Shown here: in pieces, positions 26,339 to 36,191 of the stretch
Layout: every line of letters begins with the position of its first letter
Position numbering within the stretch: position 1 is the stretch's first letter
From: an uncultured Bacilli bacterium
GTDB lineage: Bacteria; Bacillota_I; Bacilli_A; RF39; UBA660
DNA: 52,440 nucleotides
NCBI GenBank assembly: GCA_947629125.1
Contig: CANRCO010000001.1
Location: 1-52,440, forward strand
Direction: 5' to 3'
Translations under genes and position numbers: made by a program
The notes under the pieces: generated by a model
What the model was told of the DNA's origin: nothing
The model's database searches: none
Seen by the model: only the letters and a program-made list of their open reading frames with translations

Positions 26339-26389
26339 GGTTGCATTCTACCAATTTTCAGCTGCTTTTTTGCCAACTTTAGGTTGCAT
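26339..26389 (-). promoter_or_regulatory. Extended -10 promoter plus two direct ATGCAACC repeats upstream of the XRE gene
   Basis: On the minus strand TGGTAGAAT lies at 26345-26353. ggttgcat occurs at 26339-26346 (abutting or overlapping the -10) and again at 26382-26389, 43 bp apart. Confidence 0.4.
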
Positions 26390-29300
26390 TTACCCTATTT
26401 TTTCCATTTTATTATCAATTATTGAATAAAGATATAAATTTATATTTTTAGTAGTTAAAGTAGAAATATAATTTTTATAACCTTGTAATTGTTTTAAATA
26501 ATTCTCATCAACTACATTTTGTAATTTATAATCAATAATATCAATATGATTAGAATATTCTAACATTAAATCAATTACGCCATGATATTCAACATCATTA
26601 GTTGTATATAAAAATTCATATTCTTGATAAACGTTAGCAGCTAAAATATCTTTTAATAAATCTTGTTTTAAAAATGCTTTAATTTTTTCTTTGATAAATT
26701 CATCAGTAATTAAAGATTCATCAAAATTTTGTAAATCTATCATTTCTAATACTTGATGAATTTTTAAACCTAACTGGATATTTTCTTGTTCTTTTTTACT
26801 AATAATTGATTTAATTTCTTTAGAAAAATGTTTTTGTTCCTGATATATAAATGGTAAATTAATTTCATTTACTTCTAAGTTAGTATTCTTTTCTTTATTA
26901 TACTCATTAGTTTTTAATAATTTATAATCTTTAGTTAAATTTAAAGTATCTATATTTACATTACTAATAAAATTGTTTAAATCTTTTTCTATCGAATAAA
27001 TAATATCGGCAAAAGAACGATATTTTAATCGATTATATAGTTGATAATTATCTGAACTATCTTTTTTATTATGTGGTAAAACAATAATCATTTTTTCTTT
27101 ACATCTAGTTAATGCTACATAAAATAATCTAATTTTTTCTGATATTTCTTCACGAAAATAATCTTGTTTAAATAATTCTTTAGTTAAAGTGGCATATAAA
27201 CCATTTTGATAATAAGGAATTACAAAACCATATTTTTTATTAAATAAAAATTTATCATTTAATTCTTTAATATTAAATTCTTTGTATAAACCACTATAAT
27301 AACAAATTGGATATTCTAAGCCTTTAGATTTATGAATAGTCATTATTTTAACACTATTATTATTTAATTCATCAATAGTATATTTTAAATCATTATCAGA
27401 ATTAATTATCTTTGTTAAATAATCAATTACATTAATATAATTATAACCTAAATTATCTAAATTAGTCGCTAACTCTAGTAGTTTTTTTAATCGTTTATTT
27501 CTTTTTACAACGTCCCCTACTAAAATTGTCTTTTGAATTATATTAGTAACATTAAAAATTTTTAAAAATAATTCATAATTAGTTAAATTATCTACATCAA
27601 TACTAATATTTTTTAAAGTATTATAAATAGGATTATTCGTAAATTCATTATTTTCAAACCAACTAAATATTTGTGGGTCTTTTATTTCAAAAAGATAACT
27701 TCGTGCAACACTTACTAAAGCATACCGAAATTCGCCATCATAAGTTTGAGTTTTAATTTTATTAAGTAATATTAAAATATTTTTGATAATACTTAAATCT
27801 TCGCTATCTTTAAAGGATTCATCTTGATATAAAGTTAAAGGAATATTAAAATATTCAAATATTTTTTTATATAAATTAAAAGTTGCAGACCTATCCATTA
27901 AGATAACAAAATCACTATAATTTACTTTTCTTAAACTTTTTAAATTTTTATCAAATATTAAATAATTGTTTTCTAATTTTTGTTTTATATCTTGCGCAAT
28001 TATAAATGCTTCAATTTCTTCTTTAGTAAAATTATTTTTTTCATAATCATACATCTTTATTTCTAAATTATTATTTTGGGTAGTTTTACCATCTTCTATA
28101 TAAATGTTATTACCAAAAATCATTTGATGTTCTTTTAAATAATCAGCTCCACCTAAAAAATCATCCATTATTTTATTAAAAATTAAATTAATATTATTTA
28201 GTACTTCTTCTCGAGAGCGAAAATTTTTTAGTAAATCTATTTTTATTCCTTCAATTTCTTGTTTATAACTATCATATTTACTTTTAAATAAATAAGGATT
28301 AGCATTACGAAAACGATAAATAGATTGTTTAATATCACCAACCATATAAACATTATGATTACTTATTAAATTAATAAAAGTTTCTTGAATATCATTAGTA
28401 TCTTGATATTCATCTATCATTATTTCTTTAAATTGTTGTTGTAATTCTTCTTTGACAAAAGAATTATTTTTAACTATGTCTATTGCCATTAAAGCTATAT
28501 CTTGAAAATCATATAATTCTTTAGTTAATTTTATTTTTTCATAACGATTAAAAAATTCATTGATAATATCAATAATTACTTGTACATTCTTTTTCGTACT
28601 ATTAATATTTTCTTTTATTTCAGAATAAGAACCATATATACTTAATTTTATTAAGTCTTCTTTAAGCGCATTTATTTGGTCTTTAATTTCTTTTTCTTCT
28701 GCACTTGCTTTGAATCTCGGCTTAACTAAACATGAAGAGTATGTTATAAATTCCTCTAAAGTTTGGGCATTTAAAATATTTTTTAAACTTTGATACATAA
28801 TTTCATAATTTTTAGAAGAAGCAACTACACTATAATCTTGTAATTTATTTACTAATTCATCTTGTTTTAACAAAAACAATTTTAAATATTCTTGTTTTAA
28901 TAAATCATAATAATCTAAGCTAAAGTATTTATTTAAATAATCTTGTAAAAAAGAGCGATAATCTCCTAGTTTTTCTAATTCTAAAATAAAATGTAATAAA
29001 GCATTTACCAAATCTTTATCATCTTTATTGCAATAATTATCAATTAAATTTAGAAAATTAGCATCTTTTTTTTGATAGAATTCTTCCATAATATTATTTA
29101 ATAATTCTTGTTTTTCTAAAATAATTATTGAACTATCAACTACTCTAATATCTGGAGTAATATTTAATAAATAATGATATTTTTTTACAATACTTAAAGA
29201 AAAAGAATCAAAAGTAGTTATATAAGCTATATCAATATTAGCTAACTCATCTTGGAATTTATTATTTTCTTTGATTTTAGCTCTTATTTCTTCTTTCATA

Positions 29301-29485
29301 TTTCGCGCTGCAGCATTAGTAAAAGTTAAAACTAATAAATCAGTTAAGTGCCAACCTTGATTTAATTTATGGATAACTCTTTCAGTTAAAACTGCAGTTT
29401 TACCACTACCGGCACCAGCACTAACAATTATATTATTGCCACTTTTAATAATTGCATCATTTTGTTCTTTAGTCCATTTAGGCAT
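26390..29485 (-). CDS. addA: ATP-dependent helicase/nuclease subunit A (AddA/RexA type)
   Basis: 1031 aa. It has a UvrD-like N-terminus with AGAGSGKT. It also has DEYQDT, helicase motifs, and a C-terminal PD-(D/E)XK-like GVIDLMLEY..IDIIDYKL. Confidence 0.9.
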   Translation of the reverse strand: MPKWTKEQNDAIIKSGNNIIVSAGAGSGKTAVLTERVIHKLNQGWHLTDLLVLTFTNAAARNMKEEIRAKIKENNKFQDELANIDIAYITTFDSFSLSIVKKYHYLLNITPDIRVVDSSIIILEKQELLNNIMEEFYQKKDANFLNLIDNYCNKDDKDLVNALLHFILELEKLGDYRSFLQDYLNKYFSLDYYDLLKQEYLKLFLLKQDELVNKLQDYSVVASSKNYEIMYQSLKNILNAQTLEEFITYSSCLVKPRFKASAEEKEIKDQINALKEDLIKLSIYGSYSEIKENINSTKKNVQVIIDIINEFFNRYEKIKLTKELYDFQDIALMAIDIVKNNSFVKEELQQQFKEIMIDEYQDTNDIQETFINLISNHNVYMVGDIKQSIYRFRNANPYLFKSKYDSYKQEIEGIKIDLLKNFRSREEVLNNINLIFNKIMDDFLGGADYLKEHQMIFGNNIYIEDGKTTQNNNLEIKMYDYEKNNFTKEEIEAFIIAQDIKQKLENNYLIFDKNLKSLRKVNYSDFVILMDRSATFNLYKKIFEYFNIPLTLYQDESFKDSEDLSIIKNILILLNKIKTQTYDGEFRYALVSVARSYLFEIKDPQIFSWFENNEFTNNPIYNTLKNISIDVDNLTNYELFLKIFNVTNIIQKTILVGDVVKRNKRLKKLLELATNLDNLGYNYINVIDYLTKIINSDNDLKYTIDELNNNSVKIMTIHKSKGLEYPICYYSGLYKEFNIKELNDKFLFNKKYGFVIPYYQNGLYATLTKELFKQDYFREEISEKIRLFYVALTRCKEKMIIVLPHNKKDSSDNYQLYNRLKYRSFADIIYSIEKDLNNFISNVNIDTLNLTKDYKLLKTNEYNKEKNTNLEVNEINLPFIYQEQKHFSKEIKSIISKKEQENIQLGLKIHQVLEMIDLQNFDESLITDEFIKEKIKAFLKQDLLKDILAANVYQEYEFLYTTNDVEYHGVIDLMLEYSNHIDIIDYKLQNVVDENYLKQLQGYKNYISTLTTKNINLYLYSIIDNKMEKIG

Positions 29486-29500
29486 TTTATTACTCCTTTC

Positions 29501-31837
29501 TTAATTAGTTTGATTATTCATAAATTCTAAATTTTTATATTCGGTTAATTCAACTGTATCCTTTTCACTTTTAAAACAAATATCATTATAAGTACAATTT
29601 TTACAACCTTCACAATTTTTACCAATTTGTTTAGGATTAATTTGAAATTCTGCAGCCATTATATTTTTAAATCCTTCTTTTATTTGTTTATCGACTAAAT
29701 TAATTAAATTATTAATCGTTAATTCATCTATTACTTTACTATTTGAATAAAATTCTTTAGAATTTGTTTGTTTTAAACTTTGAATCATTTTACTATCGCT
29801 ATAAGTACTATCTAACTTTTTTAAAATATCTACATTATTAATACTATAACCTTGTAATTTTAAATTGTTTTTCTTATTAGTTATTAAATCTTCTTTTGGT
29901 TTTAATAAACCATTATTTTTTAAAACATTTTGTAAATAAAAACCTGCTATATGGTGATTTTGAAATTTTGGATGATGTTTAACTAAATATAAATAAATTG
30001 GTAATTGCATCCCTATTCCATAAATTGTATTATTTAAATTAATATTCGGATTACCTGTTTTATAATCAATAATTGCTAAACTATCTTCATCATATTTAAT
30101 TTTATCAATATATCCTTTAAAGTTATTATTTTCATATGGAATATTTATTCCTTCTTCCCTTAAAGTTGATTTTAACTGGCTATATTCATCTTGATTTTTA
30201 ATTTCATTAATGATAAAAATTAATTCTTTTTTTAGTTTTTCTAAAAAGAACATTTCTTTAGCAGTAAACTTTCTATTTACTAAACTTAAGGCTTGATGCC
30301 AACTAGTATCCATATTAAAATCATCTTGATAGATATCTTTTAAAACACTATGATAAATATTACCAATATCTAAAATAAATTTATCAGTAAAAACATTTAA
30401 TTTTAAAATATTATTTAAATAATAACGAAATTGACATCGATTATAATTATCTAAACTACTATAAGATAATGTTAGATGATTTTTTAAGTATTTATTTAAA
30501 TTAATTGGATTAATTTTATGATAAGAATTATCATATTTTAAATAATTATTATTAGGATATTTTCCTAATAATAAATCTAAATTAGGATTAATTATATTAT
30601 ATTTATTATAATCATCTAAAAAAATAGCTAACTTTAGTTCATTATATAAATGACTATTAGTATATATATCATTATCTATCTTTTTAATCGGATAATTTAA
30701 ATTAGTAAAAATATTACTTAGAAATAATGGGCCATTTTCATCAGTAGTTTTATAAGATATTATTAAGTTTTTATTGTTTTGTAATTGTTTTTGATAAATT
30801 ACTAAATTATTTTGATTAATTTCTTTAGAAGTAAATAAACCTAATATTTGTTTTTGTTTATCGTTAAGATAATCTTCATCTTTTTTAATTTTAGGAAAAC
30901 TATTTTGATTAACACCCAAAACAAATAAATAATCATCATTAGTTAAATTATTATTAATAAATTCAATTTCATTTACTGCTATTTGATATTTTTTTATTGT
31001 TTGTTTAGTATTTTTTAAATCATCAATAATCATATCTTTAACTAAGTTGTAATTATCAGTCCAACTATAACGATTACAAATATTTATTATTTTATTATAA
31101 ATATCTTCAGCATCGACACTTTTAATTTGTTTTCTAACTATATCTAAAGTTTTTTTAATATCTGCTTGATAATGTAATATAAATTGTTGAACAATATTAG
31201 TACTATAAATTGTGGTATTTTCTTGTAAATTTACAGGTATATGATAAATAAAACTATATTTTTTAATTAAATTACGATAAGTATCATTTAAATTTGTTAA
31301 ATAAATATGTTTAATATCGACATTTTGTTTTAATAATTCACATATTTTATTAAAGATAAAAATTACTTCTTCTTCAGCTGTAGAAGCTTCATAAATTTCA
31401 TGAGTATAATTATTATTTAACTCTTCACTCATAAAACTTACTTTGGTAATAGTTTTTAATTTACTAATAATATTTTGCCAAAAAGAGTTATAAGGTTTAT
31501 TTTCCAAAATAATTTCATATTTTTTTAAATTATTAGAAAACAATGGATTAAAAATTAATAAATTATTATTAATTAAATCATTTTTTATAGCATATAACTG
31601 ATTTAATTTATAATCAGAATACTCTTTAGATTCAACATATATTAAATTATCTAAATAGATTTTAGCAATTTTTTTAATAACATTATATTTTTGCATAACA
31701 TAATAAATAGTTTGTTCATCATAATTAAAAATATATTCTTTTAAAAATTCTTGATATGTCATTATTTTAACATTAATCAATTGTTGAATTTTTTTTAAAT
31801 ATGTATTTTTTTGTTCTGTTAATATGAGTTTTTTCAT
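29501..31837 (-). CDS. addB: Helicase/nuclease subunit B (AddB type), compact form
   Basis: 778 aa. The C-terminal nuclease has GYIDKIKY..IIDYKTG. The Fe-S staple cysteines are present (NRCQFRYYL upstream plus CKNCTYNDIC, C-x2-C-x5-C). No Walker A is visible at the N-terminus. Confidence 0.8.
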   Translation of the reverse strand: MKKLILTEQKNTYLKKIQQLINVKIMTYQEFLKEYIFNYDEQTIYYVMQKYNVIKKIAKIYLDNLIYVESKEYSDYKLNQLYAIKNDLINNNLLIFNPLFSNNLKKYEIILENKPYNSFWQNIISKLKTITKVSFMSEELNNNYTHEIYEASTAEEEVIFIFNKICELLKQNVDIKHIYLTNLNDTYRNLIKKYSFIYHIPVNLQENTTIYSTNIVQQFILHYQADIKKTLDIVRKQIKSVDAEDIYNKIINICNRYSWTDNYNLVKDMIIDDLKNTKQTIKKYQIAVNEIEFINNNLTNDDYLFVLGVNQNSFPKIKKDEDYLNDKQKQILGLFTSKEINQNNLVIYQKQLQNNKNLIISYKTTDENGPLFLSNIFTNLNYPIKKIDNDIYTNSHLYNELKLAIFLDDYNKYNIINPNLDLLLGKYPNNNYLKYDNSYHKINPINLNKYLKNHLTLSYSSLDNYNRCQFRYYLNNILKLNVFTDKFILDIGNIYHSVLKDIYQDDFNMDTSWHQALSLVNRKFTAKEMFFLEKLKKELIFIINEIKNQDEYSQLKSTLREEGINIPYENNNFKGYIDKIKYDEDSLAIIDYKTGNPNINLNNTIYGIGMQLPIYLYLVKHHPKFQNHHIAGFYLQNVLKNNGLLKPKEDLITNKKNNLKLQGYSINNVDILKKLDSTYSDSKMIQSLKQTNSKEFYSNSKVIDELTINNLINLVDKQIKEGFKNIMAAEFQINPKQIGKNCEGCKNCTYNDICFKSEKDTVELTEYKNLEFMNNQTN

Positions 31838-31892
31838 TTAATACCACCATACTTATATTTATAACATACATTTGTATGTTTGTCTATTTAAC

Positions 31893-31918
31893 CAAAGAAA
31901 AAAAGCAAAAATTGCTTT
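31893..31918 (-). terminator. Candidate terminator after the 1421-aa gene
   Basis: Stem aaagcaa / ttgcttt lies at about 31902-31918. On the minus strand it is followed by TTTTTTCTTTGG. It overlaps the stop codon. Confidence 0.45.
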
Positions 31919-34900
31919 ATTTCCATGAAGGACCTACGCCTTCGGCTATATGACAATTAGATTTATTATTAACATTACAGTTATTTAGCCATAAATTAAA
32001 TTTAAGTTTTTCATTAGTTTCATATTTATAATTACTTACATATTTACCAATTTCATTTAAAAATTCACTAGTGCATATAGCTTTTTTATAAATTACCAAA
32101 TCTGGATTGTTTTTATCACTTTCATTAGCTTTACGCCAATCAATTACATCGCCACTTTCATTATAACTAACTGCAATATCCATACAATTTAATTCAGTAT
32201 CTTGATTGGATTTACGAATATTTTCAATAGCATTTGCATCTAAAGTAAAGGAATATTCTGGTTCTTTTGAGTATGTATATTCTTCACCACTTTGTTTAGC
32301 TTTTTTAGTTATTTGTTCTTGCATCTTATCATATTTGTAACTATTAAAATAGGTTGAATATTTATTAATACCATTTGGTGATGGATTATTTAAAGATACC
32401 ACACTAAATTTAACATTTAAATCAGTTTTAGTGCTACTATAAGTACAAGCTAAAGATGATACGCAACCAACTTCACAACTAGGACATACTTCTAATGAAT
32501 CATCATTATCATTTTTACAAACATTACTACTTTCATCATAGTTATCTTTACAACAACTCTTGCCACTTTTATCAACTTTCAAATCTGTACTACAACAAAC
32601 ATTGTTTTTAGAATCAGTAGCATAAATATTGGTTGCACAATCATCACTACTATCAGAGCTCGTATTAAAATTACAAAGTGGTGCATCATCTTTACAACAT
32701 TCTTTATTATCACAACAAGCACCATTTTTATCCATACTTAATTCACAAATGCCACAAGTATTATTTTCTTTTATTAAATCTACATCACAAGATTTAGCAT
32801 AATTACTATAATTTATTTCAATTGGAGAATAATAATTTTTACTTGTTCGATAATAACGATTATTTATTTTATAATAATCATAATAACTATCTTTACAACA
32901 TGTTAATTTTTCTTTTGTTGTATCAGAACATTCTCTAGTTTTTTCATTATATAATTCTATACAACATTCTTGTCCATACCGATCTGTTTTTTTAGATGCA
33001 CATGGTTTTTTCTCGCATTTATAATTATTGGCATAATAAACATCACTACAACATGTCTCACCACTAGCATCTTCAACTGTGTAACTTCCTTTTTTACATG
33101 GACCATCACCAGTATCTCTTTCATTAACATCGCTAATTGTATAAGTACATACATACTCATATGATTCTTGTATAGCATTGTTTTTATTACTTATTAATCG
33201 GCCAGTTTCATTGGTATCATAAAATTTACCTAAATTATCAATATGTAATTTAAAGTAATGTTCACTACCATTTTCAACATCGGCAGATACTGGTAAACCA
33301 TCTATTAAATCTTCTTCCGTAGTTGTACTATCAGCTAAAGTTGGTTTATCATTTTTTATTGTGAAATACTTAGTTGGACTATATAAAGCTGTAGTATTTT
33401 GAGTTAATTTAACATAATTATTTTTAATTATTTTAATATCACTTATACTACTGAAATCTGTAGCACAATTAGTACAATCAATATTTTTTAAATTTTCTAA
33501 ATATAAATCATGTTTTATTTTATAACTGTTATCAGTGTACTCTTTTTCTTCTAATGAACCATTTGTACAACTGCTAAATCGCATTTCTACAGACCTAGTA
33601 TCCAAAGGTGCATTACACTCCCATAATTTTACAGTATTTTGCGTTGTTTGTTTATCCATTAAGTCTGTTTTGTTTTTAATAACATCAAAATAATCATCTT
33701 CATATTCATAAGTTACATCTGGCATTATTATACCTTTAGTTTCACCGTCATTATTTTCATCACTAATATAATCATTCGCCCAATCAACACATGATGTAGC
33801 TTGAGTTTTTAAATTTTTAAGATAATTTAATGAACCAGTATAATTATCTGTAATATTTTCATATCCAAAAACTTTACCATCAAAATAATCTCTTAATACC
33901 TCTAAATCTGCTACTACAGCATCATATTCAGAGCCTTTTAATATATTATTAAGTTTTCCATCACCAGCTATATGTTGTTTGCCCATTCCCATATAATAAT
34001 AAATATCAAAATCATCTGTTTTTTTACTACAACTTATATTATTACTCCTTTTATTATAGCTACATTCATCATATTCAATATCATTATAAATTACACAATA
34101 ACGTCCTTTATCACAACTTTTACCAGTTGAGGAAAAAACTTTATTTAGAACATTATAAAGATTATAATATTCGACAAATTCTTCAATTTCATTATCTAAA
34201 TCTTCATCGCTAATTTTATCACTATCAACTTTTTCATAACAAGTCATTGTTCCTGAAATTTTTACTAAATATTTTCGATTTTTATATAAATAGTTATAAG
34301 CTTTTGCAGTATCTCTTTTCGATAAATTATAATTAAATTTATAATCTTCTTTACAATAAACAGTACAATAATTATTATTTTTAAAGCCTTTTAAAACATA
34401 AGAATTACCATTTTCATCAGTAGCTTCTTTTTCTTTTTGAATAAAACATGTATATGGATTACTTGGCCCAGTAATAGTACTTGTAGAATAACTATTAGAA
34501 CATTGAGTTGCTAAAGAGTTTTCTGTTTTACAACTTCCAGCACAATATTCTTTATAAGCATAATTATCTTCTTCAAAATATTTACTATTTTCATAAGTTG
34601 AGCAACAACCATTAGAAAAGAAATTTTGAGCTGAAACTTGTTTACCATTTAGTTTATATTTATAATTTGAACTATCACCTTCAATTAAACATTGATTAGC
34701 TAAATAGGGAAATTGAAATTCAAAATTATAATTTTTAGTTGCAGCACCACCGGTAAAATTAACTATCATTCTAGCGGAATTTACTAGTACTTCATCAGTA
34801 GCAACATTAGCATTTTGATTTAAAACTAATAAACGATTGTTATCATTTTTATTAATATAAGGAATACTTATATATCCAGTATATTTTTTACCAGCATAAT

Positions 34901-36182
34901 TACTAATATCTCCTTTGATTGTAATTGTATAAGTTATTTTTGTTGTATTTTTATCTTTATCTGTAGTTCTTCTCGTTTCTTCTATTTCACAAGTAAATTT
35001 ACTATTATTATCATTTTTATCTGAACAATCAATAGTTGGTATAGCATTATCATCAATGGTAATAATACCATTATCATATGAAAGAACATAAGTTGTTTTA
35101 GCTTCAAAATTTGATAATTCATAGTTACTTACAGTATAAGAACCATCACTCTTTTTGCTACTAGTGTTGCTGCCATTTTGCGTAAATGTCCAATAAGAAT
35201 CATCAACTTCATTGCCAGTTCTATCAACAAATTTGCTTTTAATTTCCGCTGGATTTAATTTAAGAAAATAAACATCATCGGCATATTTATGTGCTGTTTG
35301 AAACATTTGAAAAGCCGTTTTTAAATAATCATCGTATCCGGTGTGAGGAATTGTTGGGTCACTACAAAATATCCAACCACTTTCACTATCAAGAGCATAA
35401 CTTTTTTTACTACAATCGAAATTTGGAGTAGCATGTTGTTGAACTGTGTAATTACCATATAATTTTCTAAAATCCATAAAAGCTTCATGACGTTTATAAT
35501 AACTTATATTAGGAGAAGTATTACATAAAGCTTTTTCACCATTTGTACCACAATCTACAGCATAATCATCAAGTTGCCCAACATCATAATAATATGCTAA
35601 AAATCTTGTAGCTAATTCAGCTACTATATTATCAGCTTCTTTATCAGCATTTTCTCTTTTCATAATTGCAGCATAAGTATTATTATCACCAATAAAACCA
35701 TATAAATAATACATTGCTAAATCAAAACGTCGAACATTTTCATATTTTCCAACTGGATCATAATTTGTAGGGTCTAATTCTCTGGTACACCACCATTTAT
35801 CAACATTAGTTACATTTGCAGAGTTATTTTTTAATATCGCCTTCCCTGGGTCAATATTACTAGCATATAGTTCATTACCACTATTTCTATCATTATAACG
35901 AAATTTTACAAAATCATATTGATAAATAGGAGATGCTTCATAAGCTCCATTCTTTTTTAATATTCCAGGAGTATATGCTCCATTATATTGTAAAATATTA
36001 TGTTTAACAGTATCAAAAGTATCATTAGCACCTTTATTAATAATTCCTGTAGAATAAGTAAGATAAAAAGGGTCCGGATAATGTTCACAAACGCTACCTT
36101 CACCCAAAGCTTTTACAGAATTTAAACCTATAAAAAGCATTAGAAATGTTAATATAAATAATTTATTATATATTTTTTTCAT
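31917..36182 (-). CDS. Large secreted Cys-rich protein with CC-containing repeats (function unknown)
   Basis: 1421 aa. Sec-type signal MKKIYNKLFILTFLMLFIGLNSVKALG. There is no LPXTG motif and no C-terminal TM. Dozens of Cys are concentrated near the C-terminus. Confidence 0.9.
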   Translation of the reverse strand: MKKIYNKLFILTFLMLFIGLNSVKALGEGSVCEHYPDPFYLTYSTGIINKGANDTFDTVKHNILQYNGAYTPGILKKNGAYEASPIYQYDFVKFRYNDRNSGNELYASNIDPGKAILKNNSANVTNVDKWWCTRELDPTNYDPVGKYENVRRFDLAMYYLYGFIGDNNTYAAIMKRENADKEADNIVAELATRFLAYYYDVGQLDDYAVDCGTNGEKALCNTSPNISYYKRHEAFMDFRKLYGNYTVQQHATPNFDCSKKSYALDSESGWIFCSDPTIPHTGYDDYLKTAFQMFQTAHKYADDVYFLKLNPAEIKSKFVDRTGNEVDDSYWTFTQNGSNTSSKKSDGSYTVSNYELSNFEAKTTYVLSYDNGIITIDDNAIPTIDCSDKNDNNSKFTCEIEETRRTTDKDKNTTKITYTITIKGDISNYAGKKYTGYISIPYINKNDNNRLLVLNQNANVATDEVLVNSARMIVNFTGGAATKNYNFEFQFPYLANQCLIEGDSSNYKYKLNGKQVSAQNFFSNGCCSTYENSKYFEEDNYAYKEYCAGSCKTENSLATQCSNSYSTSTITGPSNPYTCFIQKEKEATDENGNSYVLKGFKNNNYCTVYCKEDYKFNYNLSKRDTAKAYNYLYKNRKYLVKISGTMTCYEKVDSDKISDEDLDNEIEEFVEYYNLYNVLNKVFSSTGKSCDKGRYCVIYNDIEYDECSYNKRSNNISCSKKTDDFDIYYYMGMGKQHIAGDGKLNNILKGSEYDAVVADLEVLRDYFDGKVFGYENITDNYTGSLNYLKNLKTQATSCVDWANDYISDENNDGETKGIIMPDVTYEYEDDYFDVIKNKTDLMDKQTTQNTVKLWECNAPLDTRSVEMRFSSCTNGSLEEKEYTDNSYKIKHDLYLENLKNIDCTNCATDFSSISDIKIIKNNYVKLTQNTTALYSPTKYFTIKNDKPTLADSTTTEEDLIDGLPVSADVENGSEHYFKLHIDNLGKFYDTNETGRLISNKNNAIQESYEYVCTYTISDVNERDTGDGPCKKGSYTVEDASGETCCSDVYYANNYKCEKKPCASKKTDRYGQECCIELYNEKTRECSDTTKEKLTCCKDSYYDYYKINNRYYRTSKNYYSPIEINYSNYAKSCDVDLIKENNTCGICELSMDKNGACCDNKECCKDDAPLCNFNTSSDSSDDCATNIYATDSKNNVCCSTDLKVDKSGKSCCKDNYDESSNVCKNDNDDSLEVCPSCEVGCVSSLACTYSSTKTDLNVKFSVVSLNNPSPNGINKYSTYFNSYKYDKMQEQITKKAKQSGEEYTYSKEPEYSFTLDANAIENIRKSNQDTELNCMDIAVSYNESGDVIDWRKANESDKNNPDLVIYKKAICTSEFLNEIGKYVSNYKYETNEKLKFNLWLNNCNVNNKSNCHIAEGVGPSWK

Positions 36183-36191
36183 GAACCCACC

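Noticed and set aside
31864-31879. Perfect 16-bp palindrome ACATACATTTGTATGT about 30 nt upstream of addB, considered as a LexA/SOS box.
   Set aside because: It does not match the Gram-positive Cheo box (GAAC-N4-GTTC core). It could still be an operator for another regulator, but nothing in the sequence supports that.
35560-35830. Thioester (TED) adhesin domain near the N-terminus of the 1421-aa protein (WWCTRELDP ... AELATRFLAYYY).
   Set aside because: The Cys context only loosely resembles the TED Cys motif. There is no T-Q-x-A-(I/V)-W Gln motif at the expected distance, so the resemblance is probably chance.
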